Of a stretch of DNA of 64,000 nucleotides, positions 1-12,300 are shown in pieces. The notes beneath the pieces are model-generated. The model was not told the DNA's origin. It ran no database searches and saw nothing but the letters and a program-made list of their open reading frames with translations. This DNA comes from Octopus sinensis (Eukaryota): contig NC_042997.1 of the NCBI RefSeq assembly GCF_006345805.1, forward strand, positions 57,722,001 to 57,786,000, read 5' to 3'. Positions within the stretch are counted from its first letter, which is position 1. Every line of letters starts with the position of its first letter. Made by a program: the position numbers and the translations under genes.

Positions 1-610
1 TGGTCACGTGTGTAATTAATCCTATCTTTAAAATCGGTGGCAGCCAGAGGCCTCATTGTGGTATGGAGCCGTGAGGTCGAAAGTCTCTTGTAAACAGATT
101 GGAGAATCTTCTCCTGATCCCTTTCATAAGGTTCGCGAACACTATGGTTGGAAAAGGAAGCTATATTAATGTATGTCAGTTTGTCATTCGGCTTCTTAAA
201 AGCACCAGATTCTAACTTTAAGGTCACATCAAGGAAATTATCTGTCTTTTGGTTGGTTTCTATAGTAACCGGGAAGCCTAGGGAATTCAAGGTCCTTCCT
301 AAGCCTAGCGAGTATGTGGGCCACCAATGTTGCCTAAGCTAGTTGAAGGGAATTTCTTATTAAGTAAATCTAAAATAAAAATGCCAACGAGGTCACACAC
401 ATCAGCGTTGTCGAAAGCACCATTCGCTACGTCGAAGAAGTCTTTTAAATCGGTGCGCTTGGCCCAGGCCAGTCCGTTGAAAAGCAGGGATTTTTTGTTT
501 TTTTGTATGTGTGTATGATAATGCCTCTGTCCTCATCTGTAATCTCATTGTGTGCGTGTGCACTGGCGTAGTTAGTGGGTGCGGCACGTTTCATCTTGTA
601 GGCTATTGCT
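1..610 (-). mobile_element. Degenerate Penelope-like element (PLE) reverse transcriptase fragment
   Basis: Minus-strand translation across frameshifts gives EITDEDRGIII...FNGLAWAKRTDLKDFFDVANGAFDNADVCDLVGIFILDLL...GFPVTIETNQKTDNFLDVTLKLESG..KKPNDKLTYINIAS. This resembles the PLE RT motifs FDVTMGSxDGAExCxLVGLYIL and NFLDVTLxL...KPNxxPxYI. Confidence 0.75.
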
Positions 611-1142
611 GTAGGCATTATGTGTTTTTTGTGGGGTTCAGGGCTGCCCCGGGTAGCACACACTCTAGTGTGTGTATGTGCATGTTATGTGGAATTGAGG
701 TCTAACTGATTGAATGCGTATCGTTTTCGTTTGTTCACTCACTGCGTGTATACATGTGTATATGTATACTGTTTTCTCTCTCTCTCTCTTTCTCTTTCCC
801 ATCACCGCTTATGAAATCTGGCTGACGTTTTTTTCATTGTCTGGCCGTTGCCACCTCTCTGACACTTGTTACTACTTCCCTTTTTCATCTCTCTCTCTCT
901 CTCTTACATACACACATGTACACACACTAAATCCCGTTTATATTTACTTCTACACCCGTTGATGTTTCTACGCTCCAACGAAGGATTCTCTTCAAAACGT
1001 CACGTTTCCCTACTTCTCTGCGGCCTAAAAATTCTGTTTAAATCTATATGTATCATCTTTTAACAACACTGAACATCTCTACTTCCCTCGGATTCTACTG
1101 TTTTACTATACTAGTGCATTTCTTATTGCCATATTCATAACT

Positions 1143-2057
1143 ATGGAAGTTGATATTGCAAGCGCGAAAACTGGGAAATGTATTGTTTCCTTCAGTAACC
1201 TCAAACCTCTATCGACAGTGAAAGATGTTAAAAAGGAATATAAGAAATTCAGTCCGAAATTGGCATTTGAAAGACAATCATTTCGTAAAGAAGCGCGAGG
1301 CAGGCTTCTTAGAGATGACGAAACACTAGCAAGTTTGGGATTCAACAAGAAAGCTGTCCTTTACTTCAAAGACCTTGGTCCTCAAATAGGATGGACCACA
1401 GTATTTCTCGCAGAATATGCTGGACCCCTTTTTATCTATGCATTCTTTTATATTCGTCCTAGTTTTATTTATGGACAGAATGCTTTGGACGAACCTCGTG
1501 CCTTCGTAGTGGATCTCGCTGCCGGTTGTTGGTGCTTTCATTATGGCAAAAGACTACTGGAGACCCTGTTTGTACACCGATTTTCTCATGCAACCATGCC
1601 TATTCGTAATATTTTCAAGAATTGTGGGTACTACTGGGGCTTCTCGGCTTACATTGCTTATTATATGAATCATCCTCTGTACACTCCACCTACCTTCGGT
1701 AACAAACAAATATATACAGGTCTTGCACTTTTCATCCTCTCAGAAATCGGTAATTTTTCTATTCATATTGCACTACGCAACCTCCGGCCCCGCAATTCTA
1801 CGCGGCGGTTGATACCTTATCCGGGCCTGAACCCTTTCACTTGGCTCTTCCATCTCGTTAGCTGCCCAAACTACACCTACGAGGTGTTTGCTTGGATCGG
1901 TTTTACAGCGATGACACAGTGTTTTCCTGTCGGACTCTTCACCCTGGCAGGTTTCTATCAAATGACTGTATGGTCTTTCAACAAACTTGTAAATTACAAA
2001 AGAGAATTTAGTGATTTTCCTCGAAACCGTACTGCCATTATCCCTTTTATTTTATAA
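1143..2057 (+). CDS. TECR: Very-long-chain enoyl-CoA reductase (trans-2,3-enoyl-CoA reductase), single coding exon, 304 aa
   Basis: Uninterrupted ORF with an N-terminal ubiquitin-like region. Family motifs: LYFKDLGPQIGWTTVFLAEYAGPL, HYGKRLLETLFVHRFSHATMP, NIFKNCGYYWGF, LVSCPNYTYEV and C-terminal AIIPFIL (steroid 5-alpha reductase-like fold). Confidence 0.96.
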   Translation: MEVDIASAKTGKCIVSFSNLKPLSTVKDVKKEYKKFSPKLAFERQSFRKEARGRLLRDDETLASLGFNKKAVLYFKDLGPQIGWTTVFLAEYAGPLFIYAFFYIRPSFIYGQNALDEPRAFVVDLAAGCWCFHYGKRLLETLFVHRFSHATMPIRNIFKNCGYYWGFSAYIAYYMNHPLYTPPTFGNKQIYTGLALFILSEIGNFSIHIALRNLRPRNSTRRLIPYPGLNPFTWLFHLVSCPNYTYEVFAWIGFTAMTQCFPVGLFTLAGFYQMTVWSFNKLVNYKREFSDFPRNRTAIIPFIL

Positions 2058-5000
2058 TCTATTTATGTATCTTTATATTGTCCTTCACGGGCTCAATAAC
2101 ATTTCCATCCCATCCCCATCTATGTTTCTAATCTATACATGTTTCATTTTATACTTGTTTTGCCTTACCGTTGACTATTTATTTAATTGTTCGTCGATCC
2201 TAATGAAAGTTGTTTCGTTTTTATTACTTTTTTCCCCAAAATTTTAATTTTAGCTGATAAAAATATGAAACAAAACATAATTATGACAATATTAAACATA
2301 CATGAAGAATTACAAAAATGCAGGGAATACTTGTAGATATTTGCTATTCCATTCATTTTCTCTCCACGTAGTTCCTTCATTTACGATGGGTAAAGTAGTT
2401 GAATTGTTCTACAACCCTCTTGCAGAGAGATTCAAAAGACTGTGGATAAATATTCTTATTAACAAAATTTCCGTCATATATGTAAATTCCATCACCTCCA
2501 GTTTGGTCTGTTTGGACACAAGCAGATCATTAAATCGGACATTATTCGATTCTGGTAGAATGTTTTGTTTTCTGAGTGGCTCTTAAGCGGCCCTGAAAAA
2601 AAAATCCACCGCTTAACCAATACCCTCTAAAGCGAACTATTCTACCAACATATTCGTAGTTTTAGTTCTAACTCCATCAATTCCTTTGAAATTATTATCA
2701 ATCCATTCACAATAAATGTCTTTATGACAGCAACGTCCGTCTTTCACTTTCAGTTTCAACATGCTAACTAATTTTGTGTTGTATATCTGTTACGAAGCAT
2801 ACTGGCATGAAATTTTAAAATTTTGAATCGGACCATCAAATAATATTTTTGAAAATTGTACATTCAGACTATTAGTTCTGTAATGTCTGCTAATTCACTT
2901 GTGTATGTGTTGTTAAGGGCGTTTAAGAAAATCGTGTCCCATAACCCGCTTTCCACCTCCTTATTTGCTACAAAACAGCAGAAAATAAGTATGTTTAAAG
3001 AAGCTGAAAGAACGTGGCGAGTTGGGCTATGAAACCATATATATATATATAATATACTCTTCAAGTCACAAGATCAAATGTAATTTCTTATTGGATGGAT
3101 TTGAGACATCATTTTCAAAACAAATGCCTTAAACTAAAGGAGAAACTAACATTAAAAAAAAAACTTGTAAAACGCAACAAAGTAGCTGGAATATTGTTTA
3201 TCAAGATCATGGATAATGTTTACTTTCCGTGACTATAAGTTTCAGATCATTTTCCCACTGAAACGCTGAACATTTGGCTGTAGTTTTATATACGCATAAA
3301 ACCAACTTTTCGGATTGAGTAAACATTTGTTGTTTCATAGTGTTATCTTTCTTATCTCTGATATTTTGTATATTCGTTTGATGAATTAAAAAGAAATCAT
3401 TTATAACCCATCTATGTGATGCATTTATTTCTTTTGTACAATGTTTAGACATGCATTCATTCACATGTACGTCATTTGTCGACACCTTTGTAGATAAGTA
3501 ATATATTTGCTTCACCAGCCTCCACGTTGTCCGAATGTAAACGAGATGCAATTAGTAGATTCACAATGCTTTCTCCAACTTTCAGATCTCAGCAAAAAAA
3601 GATAAACAAAACACTAATTAATTTTAAGGTGCATATTTATATAGCCAAGTGGACTGTTGACATTTCTAATTTGGTTCGGAGAAGACAGCAGTATTCCTGT
3701 GGCTACCTCAACACCAATTATTCTATTAATTGATTTTTATTATCTTTACTGTCTAAACCATGAACTTCTAGTGGATATTCTACAAGTCCTATTATATGTT
3801 GAACTAACTTTATTCAGTATTCACTGTAGTTTTGTGAATATATTATTTTTTTTCTTAAAGTGCTAATTTAAATTTGTTAGCTATGTTACTGATTATTATA
3901 ATTTCCTATTTTGTACCCCTATTTTAAAGTATTTTTCACGAAAGATCGCCTTTTCTGTGTGACAAAGTACTACAATATTTTGTTTCCAGCACTAAATAGA
4001 TAAACCTAACAAACCGCTCAAATCATCACGCAAAAAATAGTGTGTGATGCTGGTGATTTTTACTGTTATAAATTTCTCTAAGTATGTACTTTTTGTGTTT
4101 TCTGTCAGCCTCTAAACCAGTCATTGGAAAACTAACCCTAGGGACTTTCTAAATGGCATACCTAAAAATTACCTTGAATTTTTTTTAGTCGTGCAGTTCA
4201 TCTGATGATAAACCATGTCTCACATGGCTTGCTTCTCAAAGAAGTTACCCATTGCTGCTATAAACCCTGTCTCATTACTAGGAACAATTTATTTTATTAT
4301 TGATGAATTTTAATTTATTGCATTTTTTAAATTGGTTTAATGCAGTAGAATTAAGTATTCCATTTTAGTAATTTGTTGTTCCAAAAGTCAACCATCTCTA
4401 TCTGAGGAAGAAAACTTTATGATGTTTTACTGTTTCTTGTTATTTATACTTAACCTCTTTCTATTTTCCTTGTGGAATTAAATCTGATGACATTTTCCAA
4501 TTTTCTATGTTTCTATTTATTTGTCCCTCTTTCTCCACTTCTCTGGCATGGTTAAATTGAGTTTTTGTAGTTGTTCTTTATAATGCAGGATTCTTATTTC
4601 TTGAATTAATTTACTCAATCTTCTCTGAACTTTTTCTGAAGCATAAATCTATAAAGATGGAGACAGAACAACATACTCCAACATGGTCTCACATATGCTG
4701 TTCAGGTATACCCAACATGTGATACCATTTGTACAATATCAAGAATGACACCCAACATGTAATCAAAACAGCATTTGGTTGACCTTTCTTAGTGCTTGAA
4801 AAATGGCTTCTAAATTTCATATTTCTTGTTATTATACTCACAAATCCTTTTCCTAACTTAAAATCATTAAGTTCTTATATTAAACATCTTATGCTCTGCT
4901 TAAATATTACCACAACTAAAATTCACTGCTTTGAATTTATCTGTTAAATTTCCATAATTATGACCAAATCATTTTGAAGAATATCTGTTCTCTCAGTTCT

Positions 5001-7559
5001 ATTATAAATTTCATTATCTGCAGACAACAAATTCATTTTATATCTCTCAAGAAGTTGCTTACAAATACTAGGAGTTGAGCTGGTCCTGGGATTGATCTCT
5101 GTGGCATTCCACTTCTCACATTAAGCCACTTTGACTGTTTATTTACCAAATACACATATTGTCTTCTGTTGGTTAAATATGCATCCATTCAGCCTAGAAC
5201 ATTGCTATGTAACACATGTTTATTAAGTTTATATAATAGCATTTGGAGTGGTACAATATCAGATTCTTCTTCATTATCAAAGTACGCAACATCAAAAGGT
5301 CTACTGCTATTATATATATATATATTTGTCTAGTCTTTGTTTCCAGCAAATTTATCTAGCATGTTGGCATTTAGTTGTTGGTCCATTATTTATAAAAAGT
5401 TTTGAAACCTCTTCTTCATAAATATTTGTTTACAAGAGTTCAACAGCTTGTAAAGTTAGTGTCACAGCCCTATAACTATTTTGTCTTTTTCTTACCTTCT
5501 TTCTTTTATTAATTTTATAGTTTTTATGGATTTGTTAAACAAAATCATAAGTGGTTCCATCAATTTCCTTGCTCCTTCTTAAAGAAATCTTTGAGAAAAT
5601 ACCTAAACCTTTATATATATTCAGGTTATTTAGCAATCTGAAAATTATTTTCTACAATAAACAATATTTTAATTTTTGTTTTGATTATGTGTTCCCCTTT
5701 CAATTACTTTTCAGAACATTCTAGAATCCTTTTGTACTTGTGATCTACAAAAGAAGATAAAAATAGAAAAATGGCTTCAATAGACTTCAAGGAAACTGAC
5801 TTCTTTTGTTGACTATCAAGTTTTGTTTGCTTTAAGTGCAACAACATTTAGTACTGAAATATGAAGCACGAATTGACACATTTATGTGATGTGCAGATGA
5901 ATCATCTAATCTGCATATAATAAAACAGTTAATGAAGACAATGATTATTGAGATTACTATCTTAATTGCATGTATATATGGTGTGTGTTTGCATGTATGC
6001 ATATGAGTATATGTCTGCAAATTTATTTTCCTTTTGCAATCTAGTTTTTATTAATGATATAATTTTAATCAATATTTAAAAAATGCTTGTTCTCCTATAA
6101 ACCATTACTGTGAATATCCTAATTTCATTTTAAGGTTTAATGATAATCCAGATTATCTATGTTGTAAACCTGTATTGGTTATCTGAAGCTTAGTTTTAGA
6201 TTACAGTAGATTTAGATTAAACCTTGTCACTAAATCTTCATTGTAACATAATACTGATTTCTTTAGTACTAATGTTATTTTCCAAGCCATGAAGAAAATT
6301 AGACAATTTAATGACCTTTGTAAATTTTATGAATATATCCATTCTGGTGTGAATGAATAGTGTATAGAAGCTAATCAATGGTCTCAGCAAGGAATTAAAT
6401 ATACTAGTAGGTATCCACCAGGTGTTTCTTTTCATTCCTTTTCCCTTCATATTTTTTTGTTTTAGTTTTTAAGGATATAATAAATGAATTCAAGAGTGGA
6501 TGTCCTGATGACATAATTTTTATTGAAAAATCAAATTAAAAAAACTATTAAAAAATGTGTTTGGAACTTGCATGTGTAGCCTTCTGTCAAAAGGCTTGAA
6601 GGGAAACATGGTCAAGATTAAAATATTGCTTTATAATACATTGTTAGAGCTCAACAAGATTAAAGAGAGAGATAAGTTTATGTATTATACTTTAAAGGAG
6701 TAGATAGGCAACAGGCATACTGTAGTCAGTTGAATAATTGGTAAACACAAGGCAGAGAGGGATTTCTGGTAAAATGAAAAACATTCAGCAGACATGTAAA
6801 AGAGGCTTACAGTATGAATAATTGCATACCAGTATCTGTTGTCTACTGGTATATGACATATGTGGTCCAATTCCCATAGGCTATTCTGTCCACTTTTTCC
6901 CAATGTCAAAAGGATATTTTTCATGAGATAAAACTATTTATATCTCTATTTGCACTGTAGTAGCTCCTTTAAAAAAATAACGTATTTTCAAATTTCTCAT
7001 TGTTTTAAGCAAACCAAGAATGTGTGTGTAACTTAACCACTTGGCAAAAAGAGACTGATTGAATAAATACCAGGTTTAAGTAAAATTAAAGTGATGTTCC
7101 AGCAAGTAAAAGAGGAATAAAGCTAAGTGCTTTATGGATGTAAAACCATTGATCACTCTATGACTAGACATATTTCACTTCATGTAAATATATTACTGCT
7201 CTAACTTTTAGAGTATGCTTCTTTTTTAGGTATATGATCCACTGATGATATCTGTGTATGTGTGTGTGTGTGCATATGTGTATGTAAATATGGACTCTTA
7301 GATGACTTACATGCGTGCGTGCGCACACACACAATCATGGTTTTAATGCTCAATTTTCCATGGTAGCATGGATCAGACAGTTTGAAGATAAGCACAAACA
7401 CATGCACATAATTATTATATATATGTATGGATTTGCACTTTCTGTCTGCAGTTTCATTCACAAGGCATTGGTTGCTCACATTCTGTTGAGTGAATTAAAA
7501 CTCTGATGAATAGATGAATAAATGAAACATATAGACAAAGGTAAAAATACAAACAAGCT

Positions 7560-8787
7560 CTTTTGTGAGATGATGCCAAGCAGATGTGTAACGTTTGAGT
7601 CATTTACTGTTCCCCCATCCCAAATAAAACATCTGTCTTCAGAAGAATTGAAAAGAAGAAAAATCAGCATTATCTTGACATTGAACATCACTTGACAAGC
7701 TTTTTTGGGGGCATGATGACATTGAATGCTTCCATTGTCTTGATTGATGCTTTGTTTTGCAGGTCGTAGCCATATTACCAGCTTGGACGTTATCAAAGAA
7801 GCTTGAGAGGCGGTTGGATGGAACCTACACTCGCCTCCTTATGAGAGCTCAAAATCTCTCGTGGAAGTGCCATCCAACCAAAATGCAAATATATGGGAAA
7901 CTACCACCTGTGTCATCTCTTGTGAAAGAGACCAGTTTGCTGGACATTGTTGTAGAGCTGAAAAAGAAGTAATTTCTACTCTTCTCTGGAAGCCATCTAC
8001 TCGCAATACCAGAGGGCGCACACTCTCCTACCCTGATGTAATCTCCAGGGATACAGGCATCCAGCAACAGGACCTCCGTAATGCTATGATGGACCGTGAA
8101 GTCTGGCGTAACATAGTAAATTCCATTGTCTCGACCACGGTCGAACAATGATGATGACCAGCTTTTGTCACCAGTGATGACCTTCAAAAAAAGGTTCGGA
8201 TCAACTTCCAACTCTTCTTTCAGTTCAGTCATGACTGCTTTTGATCTTCCATGAGCAAGCAAGGCACAAATCTTTCATTCACAATTCCTCATTCAAACTT
8301 CATTGGCGGGAGCTCCAGGATACACTAGTCATATCAACAAGTTTGTCATTTGTTTGGCGACGGTCCTCCAAAGTCAGTTCACAAATTTTTGTGATGTTTT
8401 CATTTATTCAGGAGGTCAATGGTTGCCCTGAATGAGGTTGGTCTTCAAGTAACTAGTGAACATTCCTAAAGCATGAAAACCATACATAAACTTTTGTTAT
8501 GCTCATGGCAGCATCCTTGTAAGCTTTTTGAAACATGACAAATGTTTCAGTTGCTATTTTCCCCAGAAGAAAACAGAATTTCATGGAAGCATGTTGTTCC
8601 TTCATTTCTGCCATCACAAAAATCTATGAACAGGGGAGAAGCACTACAAAACAAAGCACTCAACAGTGCTGATTGGCAGACTGATGCCTAAGGGTCACAT
8701 CAAGTGGCTTCTAGCAGTGGAAGCCTGAACTACAATGGACTTGTCTCACAGAGAACGTTTCTGGTTACTTTTGGGTACCCCCTTGTA
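7560..8787 (-). mobile_element. Degenerate mariner transposon fragment, interrupted by a LINE insertion
   Basis: Minus strand reads ...EVDPNLFLKVITGDKSW [insertion] YGYD..KTKHQSRQWK...PKKACQVMFNVKIMLIF, the mariner ITGDExWxYxYDPExKxQSxQW region. A terminus-like sequence TACAAGGGGGTACCCAAAAGTAACCAG lies at 8787. The left boundary is approximate. Confidence 0.75.
7785..8157 (+). mobile_element. 5'-truncated non-LTR retrotransposon (RTE/RTEX-like) 3' end with (TGA)n tail
   Basis: Reads WTLSKKLERRLDGTYTRLLMRAQNLSWKCHPTKMQIYGKLPPVS.. then, after a frameshift, QFAGHCCRAEKEVISTLLWKP...DREVWRNIV. Ends in TGATGATGA and is flanked by direct repeat ACCAGCTT (7777-7784 and 8157-8164). Confidence 0.8.
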
Positions 8788-8811
8788 TATCCCTCTAAAC
8801 CCACTTACATA

Positions 8812-9153
8812 TAAAGAATAAAAAGTTTTGAATGGTACAATGCACTATAATACAAACAATGGTCTATATGCCTGTTGTAATTTCGTCATCCATAGTCTAA
8901 TAATATTTTGGAATAAAATTTCTTCTCCAGATATTCTTAGATGGTGTCGCTGCTATAATTGGTTTTCCAATGGCTTTTTGGGAGGGGAAGCCATTGGAAA
9001 ACCATTATAGCAGTGAGTCCATCTATGAATACTTGAAGAAGAAATTTTATTCCAAAATATTATTAGACCATAGATGACTAAATTACAACAGGTATATAGA
9101 CCATTGTTTGTATTATAGTGCATTGTTGTACCATTCAAATTTTTTATTCTTTA
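8812..9153. repeat. Long foldback inverted repeat (two ~163-bp arms, ~15-nt loop)
   Basis: Arm 8812-~8975 is nearly the reverse complement of ~8990-9153. The ORF track reports near-identical peptides on opposite strands (8828..9010 + and 8953..9138 -). Confidence 0.9.
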
Positions 9154-9240
9154 CAAACAGTACACAATGCTTCAAGTGAACTGCAGTACTCTCCTCTCAC
9201 TTATATATATATATTATTTATATATATATATATATATATA

Positions 9241-9835
9241 GGCAAAATTGATAGAGGTCACAAAAGTTATGGAGAGTGCTGCCTAGCACCGCTTGTTCTA
9301 AAATAAGAGTTAACGCCAAAGCCACAGACGAGGGGAGGTAAGTCCCTAGCATATATAGCTGTATCGCAATTTCGAATTTTGGTGTAGACTACCTCAATTC
9401 TCATCAGCGGCTCTTAAAACCTAGAATTAAACTCAACTTCTTTTTTCAATCTTATAAGAAAAACTGTTAAAATCATGTACTAATTTTCAAAATGGTAAAA
9501 GTGTAAACAACAAATTAAAAGGGTGGCTTATTAGCAATTAGAATCTAAAGGCAAAATTAACAGAGGTCACAAAAGTGACAGAGGATGCTAAATATAAGAG
9601 TTAAATTAACTCCAAAGCCACTAACGCACTTAATGACTGACACAGGGAGGTAAATCCCTAGCATATATAGCTATCACAATTTCAAATTTTGGTGTTCACC
9701 ATTTTAATTCTCATCAGTGGTTCTTAATCCTAGGGTTAAACTCAAACTTCCTTTGTCAATGTTATAAGAAAACCCATTGAAATCATGTACTGATTTTCAA
9801 AATGGTAAAGGTATAAACAACAAATTAAAAGGGTG
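9241..9835 (+). repeat. Tandem direct duplication of a ~300-bp unit
   Basis: The unit GGCAAAATT..AGAGGTCACAAAAGT...CCCTAGCATATATAGCT...AATCATGTACT.ATTTTCAAAATGGTAAA...CAAATTAAAAGGGTG starts at 9241 and again at ~9549. Confidence 0.85.
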
Positions 9836-9879
9836 ACAAAGATTTTGGTGGAGTAGGATACAGCTTAGTTAATTGTGTT

Positions 9880-10720
9880 GTTAATCAGATTGTCCAACAA
9901 GGTTTTGTACCTAACAACTGGAATAGTAGAATTATAGTCAACTACTTGCTATAAAGGAAAGGGAGATGCCTTAGAAGTAATTACGGAGGTATCAAATTGC
10001 TGAACTTGGTTTTGAAAATTATATTAAGGGCCAGAGTTCAACTAATTAAGAAGAAAGTTAACCTAGATGAGATGTAATTTGGTTTTCTACCAGGTAGAAG
10101 TACTACTGATGCTATCTTTCTTGCAAGGTGACAGCTAGAGAAACATTTAGCCAAACATAAACCACAGTGCTTGGCATTTGTTGGCATAGAGAAAGCCTTT
10201 GACAAGTACTCTCACCTGGTGGTTTCAGTGGAAGCTAGAGATAGATAATGGTTAGTGAGAGCTATCTAAACCATCTACAGGGATGCTGTCAGTGAAGTAA
10301 AAGTCAGCAATGCATATAGTAATGAAATTAGCGTGCAAAAAGGAGTTCACTATAACTTGTTCTCCGACCCCTCTTATTTATCATAATAGAGGAGTTTAAG
10401 ACTAGTTGCCCATGGGAGCTACTCTGTGCTGATGACCTTGTTCTTATAGCTGAATTTATAGCAAAATTAGGGAAGAAATTTCAGGTGTGGAAGCAAAGCC
10501 TGGAATCAAAGACCAAAGTCCTTGTAAGCAGGAAAGCAGGGAAATAGCCCTGCTCAATCTGTAGAAAAGGAGTAGGTATTATACCTACACCTTTTCTACA
10601 GATTGACACATTCCATACATGTGCCCAGTGCAAACTATGGACACATAAGAGGTGCAGCTGATTCACAGGAAGGTTAATAAACTACTTTAGTCTTTGTACG
10701 TGACAGATGAGACGTACAAG
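9880..10720 (+). mobile_element. Degenerate RTE-clade LINE reverse transcriptase fragment
   Basis: Reads CYKGKGDAL..NYGGIKLL...FGFLPGRSTTDAIFLAR*QLEKHLAK...AFVGIEKAFDK...VQKGVH...EEFKTSCPWELLCADDLVLIAE, with multiple stops and frameshifts. Confidence 0.85.
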
Positions 10721-11114
10721 TCACAAGCTCGAAAGAAAAAAACAAAAATAAAACCCGACTAATCTAAGGGACATAACTCTTAGAGGATTAAGAACTAGCC
10801 TTTGTGTGTGTGTGTGTGTATATACGTGCGTGTGCATGGGTAAGTATGTGTGTGCGCGCGCTACTTTTTGTCTAATAAATTAAGAATTTTGCTTGTTTCT
10901 ATTTTTATTTCATAGCTCTGGGACTCATAAACCACGTGCGGTGGTTTCAGGCTTCCAATAACAGAGAGCTTGAGTTATACTTTTTCATTCAGCCATGTCT
11001 GATGGTTTTTAATATAACTCCACAATTATTAGGTTCTTCAGTATGAAACTGTTTGGTAACATAAATAAACTGGCCATGCCTACATAACTGTGTATCCTCC
11101 CGCCGACTTTGTTT

Positions 11115-11390
11115 CCTCATAACTTTCAGAAAAATGGATATTTTTTATGAAATTTTCTACAAATACGCTTCAGGTGGTGTAAATTATATCGGAATTTGTT
11201 ATGAAAAAATTTTTCCAAGGGTGGGAGAGGCGTTTCGGAAAGTTCACACGAGTCTGCTTTATTTCCTCATAACTTTCAGAAAAAAATGGGTATTTTTTAA
11301 TGAAGGTTTTCACAAATATCTTTCAGGTGGTGTGGATTACGATTATGTCAGAGTTTAATGTGAAAAATAAGATTGTTGAGGATCCTTGAG
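11115..11390 (+). repeat. Two tandem copies of a ~150-bp MITE-core sequence, also present at ~34210
   Basis: CCTCATAACTTTCAGAAAAA..ATGG.TATTTTTTA.TGAA..TTTTC.ACAAATA..CTTCAGGTGGTGT occurs at ~11115 and ~11265. A related copy lies at 34210-34290. Confidence 0.6.
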
Positions 11391-12001
11391 GGATCTTTTC
11401 CTTTTGAACGGCAGTTTTCAACACAATTTCTTGTTAACTAAACACTGAGCACAACAGTCAGGTGAAAAGAATGCAATAGGGGCTAGCATAAGAACCACCT
11501 TTAAGATACAACGAGTGTCGTTGGCTGTTCAAGTGCGTATTATTAAATGGAAAAATAGTTAGTATGAATCACCATAAGACATTTTGTGTATAAATATACT
11601 GTTTGTTCTGTGCTCACTTTTTGTGGTGGAAGCATGTAGTATGATACAAAAACGTGTGTTTACATACAAAGAAAGTTTTGATTTTTGCTTTTGCACTGAA
11701 AGAAGTAACATATAATATTTATATTACAGTATGTATGCATGCGTGTAATGAGAACAGTCATTTTGAGAATGTATGTGTGATAAAATATCTTCATTTACAA
11801 ACCATATATTTCGTGTCGAGGTGAATAGACGTGAGTTGCACATGGAGCTGCAGAGAAGACATGTGTCTTTGACCAAAGCCTGGCAAGAACTGGGGCCGTT
11901 TCTACAGTGTAGCTCAGAATGAAGCTAGACACATCATCAATATATTCGTCTGCTATCCAGGTCGACTCACATATTACTATGTAATATGTAGCTCTGCTAC
12001 A

Positions 12002-12270
12002 AAGACCCATTTAGTAAAGTTTACCAAGAAACAATACATGCAGGTTGAAGGTGCAGTCATTGGTGTCGGTGTAGCTGGATATGTGACCGGCCTCTTCATG
12101 TCTTGGTGGGACAAAAATCTAAAACAATCCTAAGCAGAACAATCGACTACTGTTTTACTTTACTGTAGGTATGCAGATGACATTAACATTCTAGTTAGGA
12201 CAAACTCTAGTAACTGCAATGTAGAAACTGAGAGGAGTATAATGGAGAGCATCCAGCATGTAGCTAAAGA
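12002..12270 (+). mobile_element. PLE reverse transcriptase fragment (a second, distinct lineage)
   Basis: Reads THLVKFTKKQYMQVEGAVIGVGVAGYVTGLFMSWWDKNL..*..LLYCRYADDINILVR, i.e. the YxQxxGxxxG motif and the RY(A/V)DD catalytic motif. Confidence 0.7.
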
Positions 12271-12300
12271 AAAAGGCTCCAATAATGGACAGAGTCAACA

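Noticed and set aside
2380-2770. Protein-looking short minus-strand frames downstream of TECR (e.g. PLKSHSENKTFYQNRIMSDLMICLCPNRPNWR*, GGDGIYIYDGNFVNKNIYPQSF)
   Set aside because: Short, in different frames and without recognisable homology; probably the TECR 3' UTR (AATAAA at 2711) read antisense.
6800-6910. CCLLVYDI, resembling a Rab GTPase beta-strand motif
   Set aside because: The flanking residues and G-box motifs are absent and stops are nearby; a chance match.
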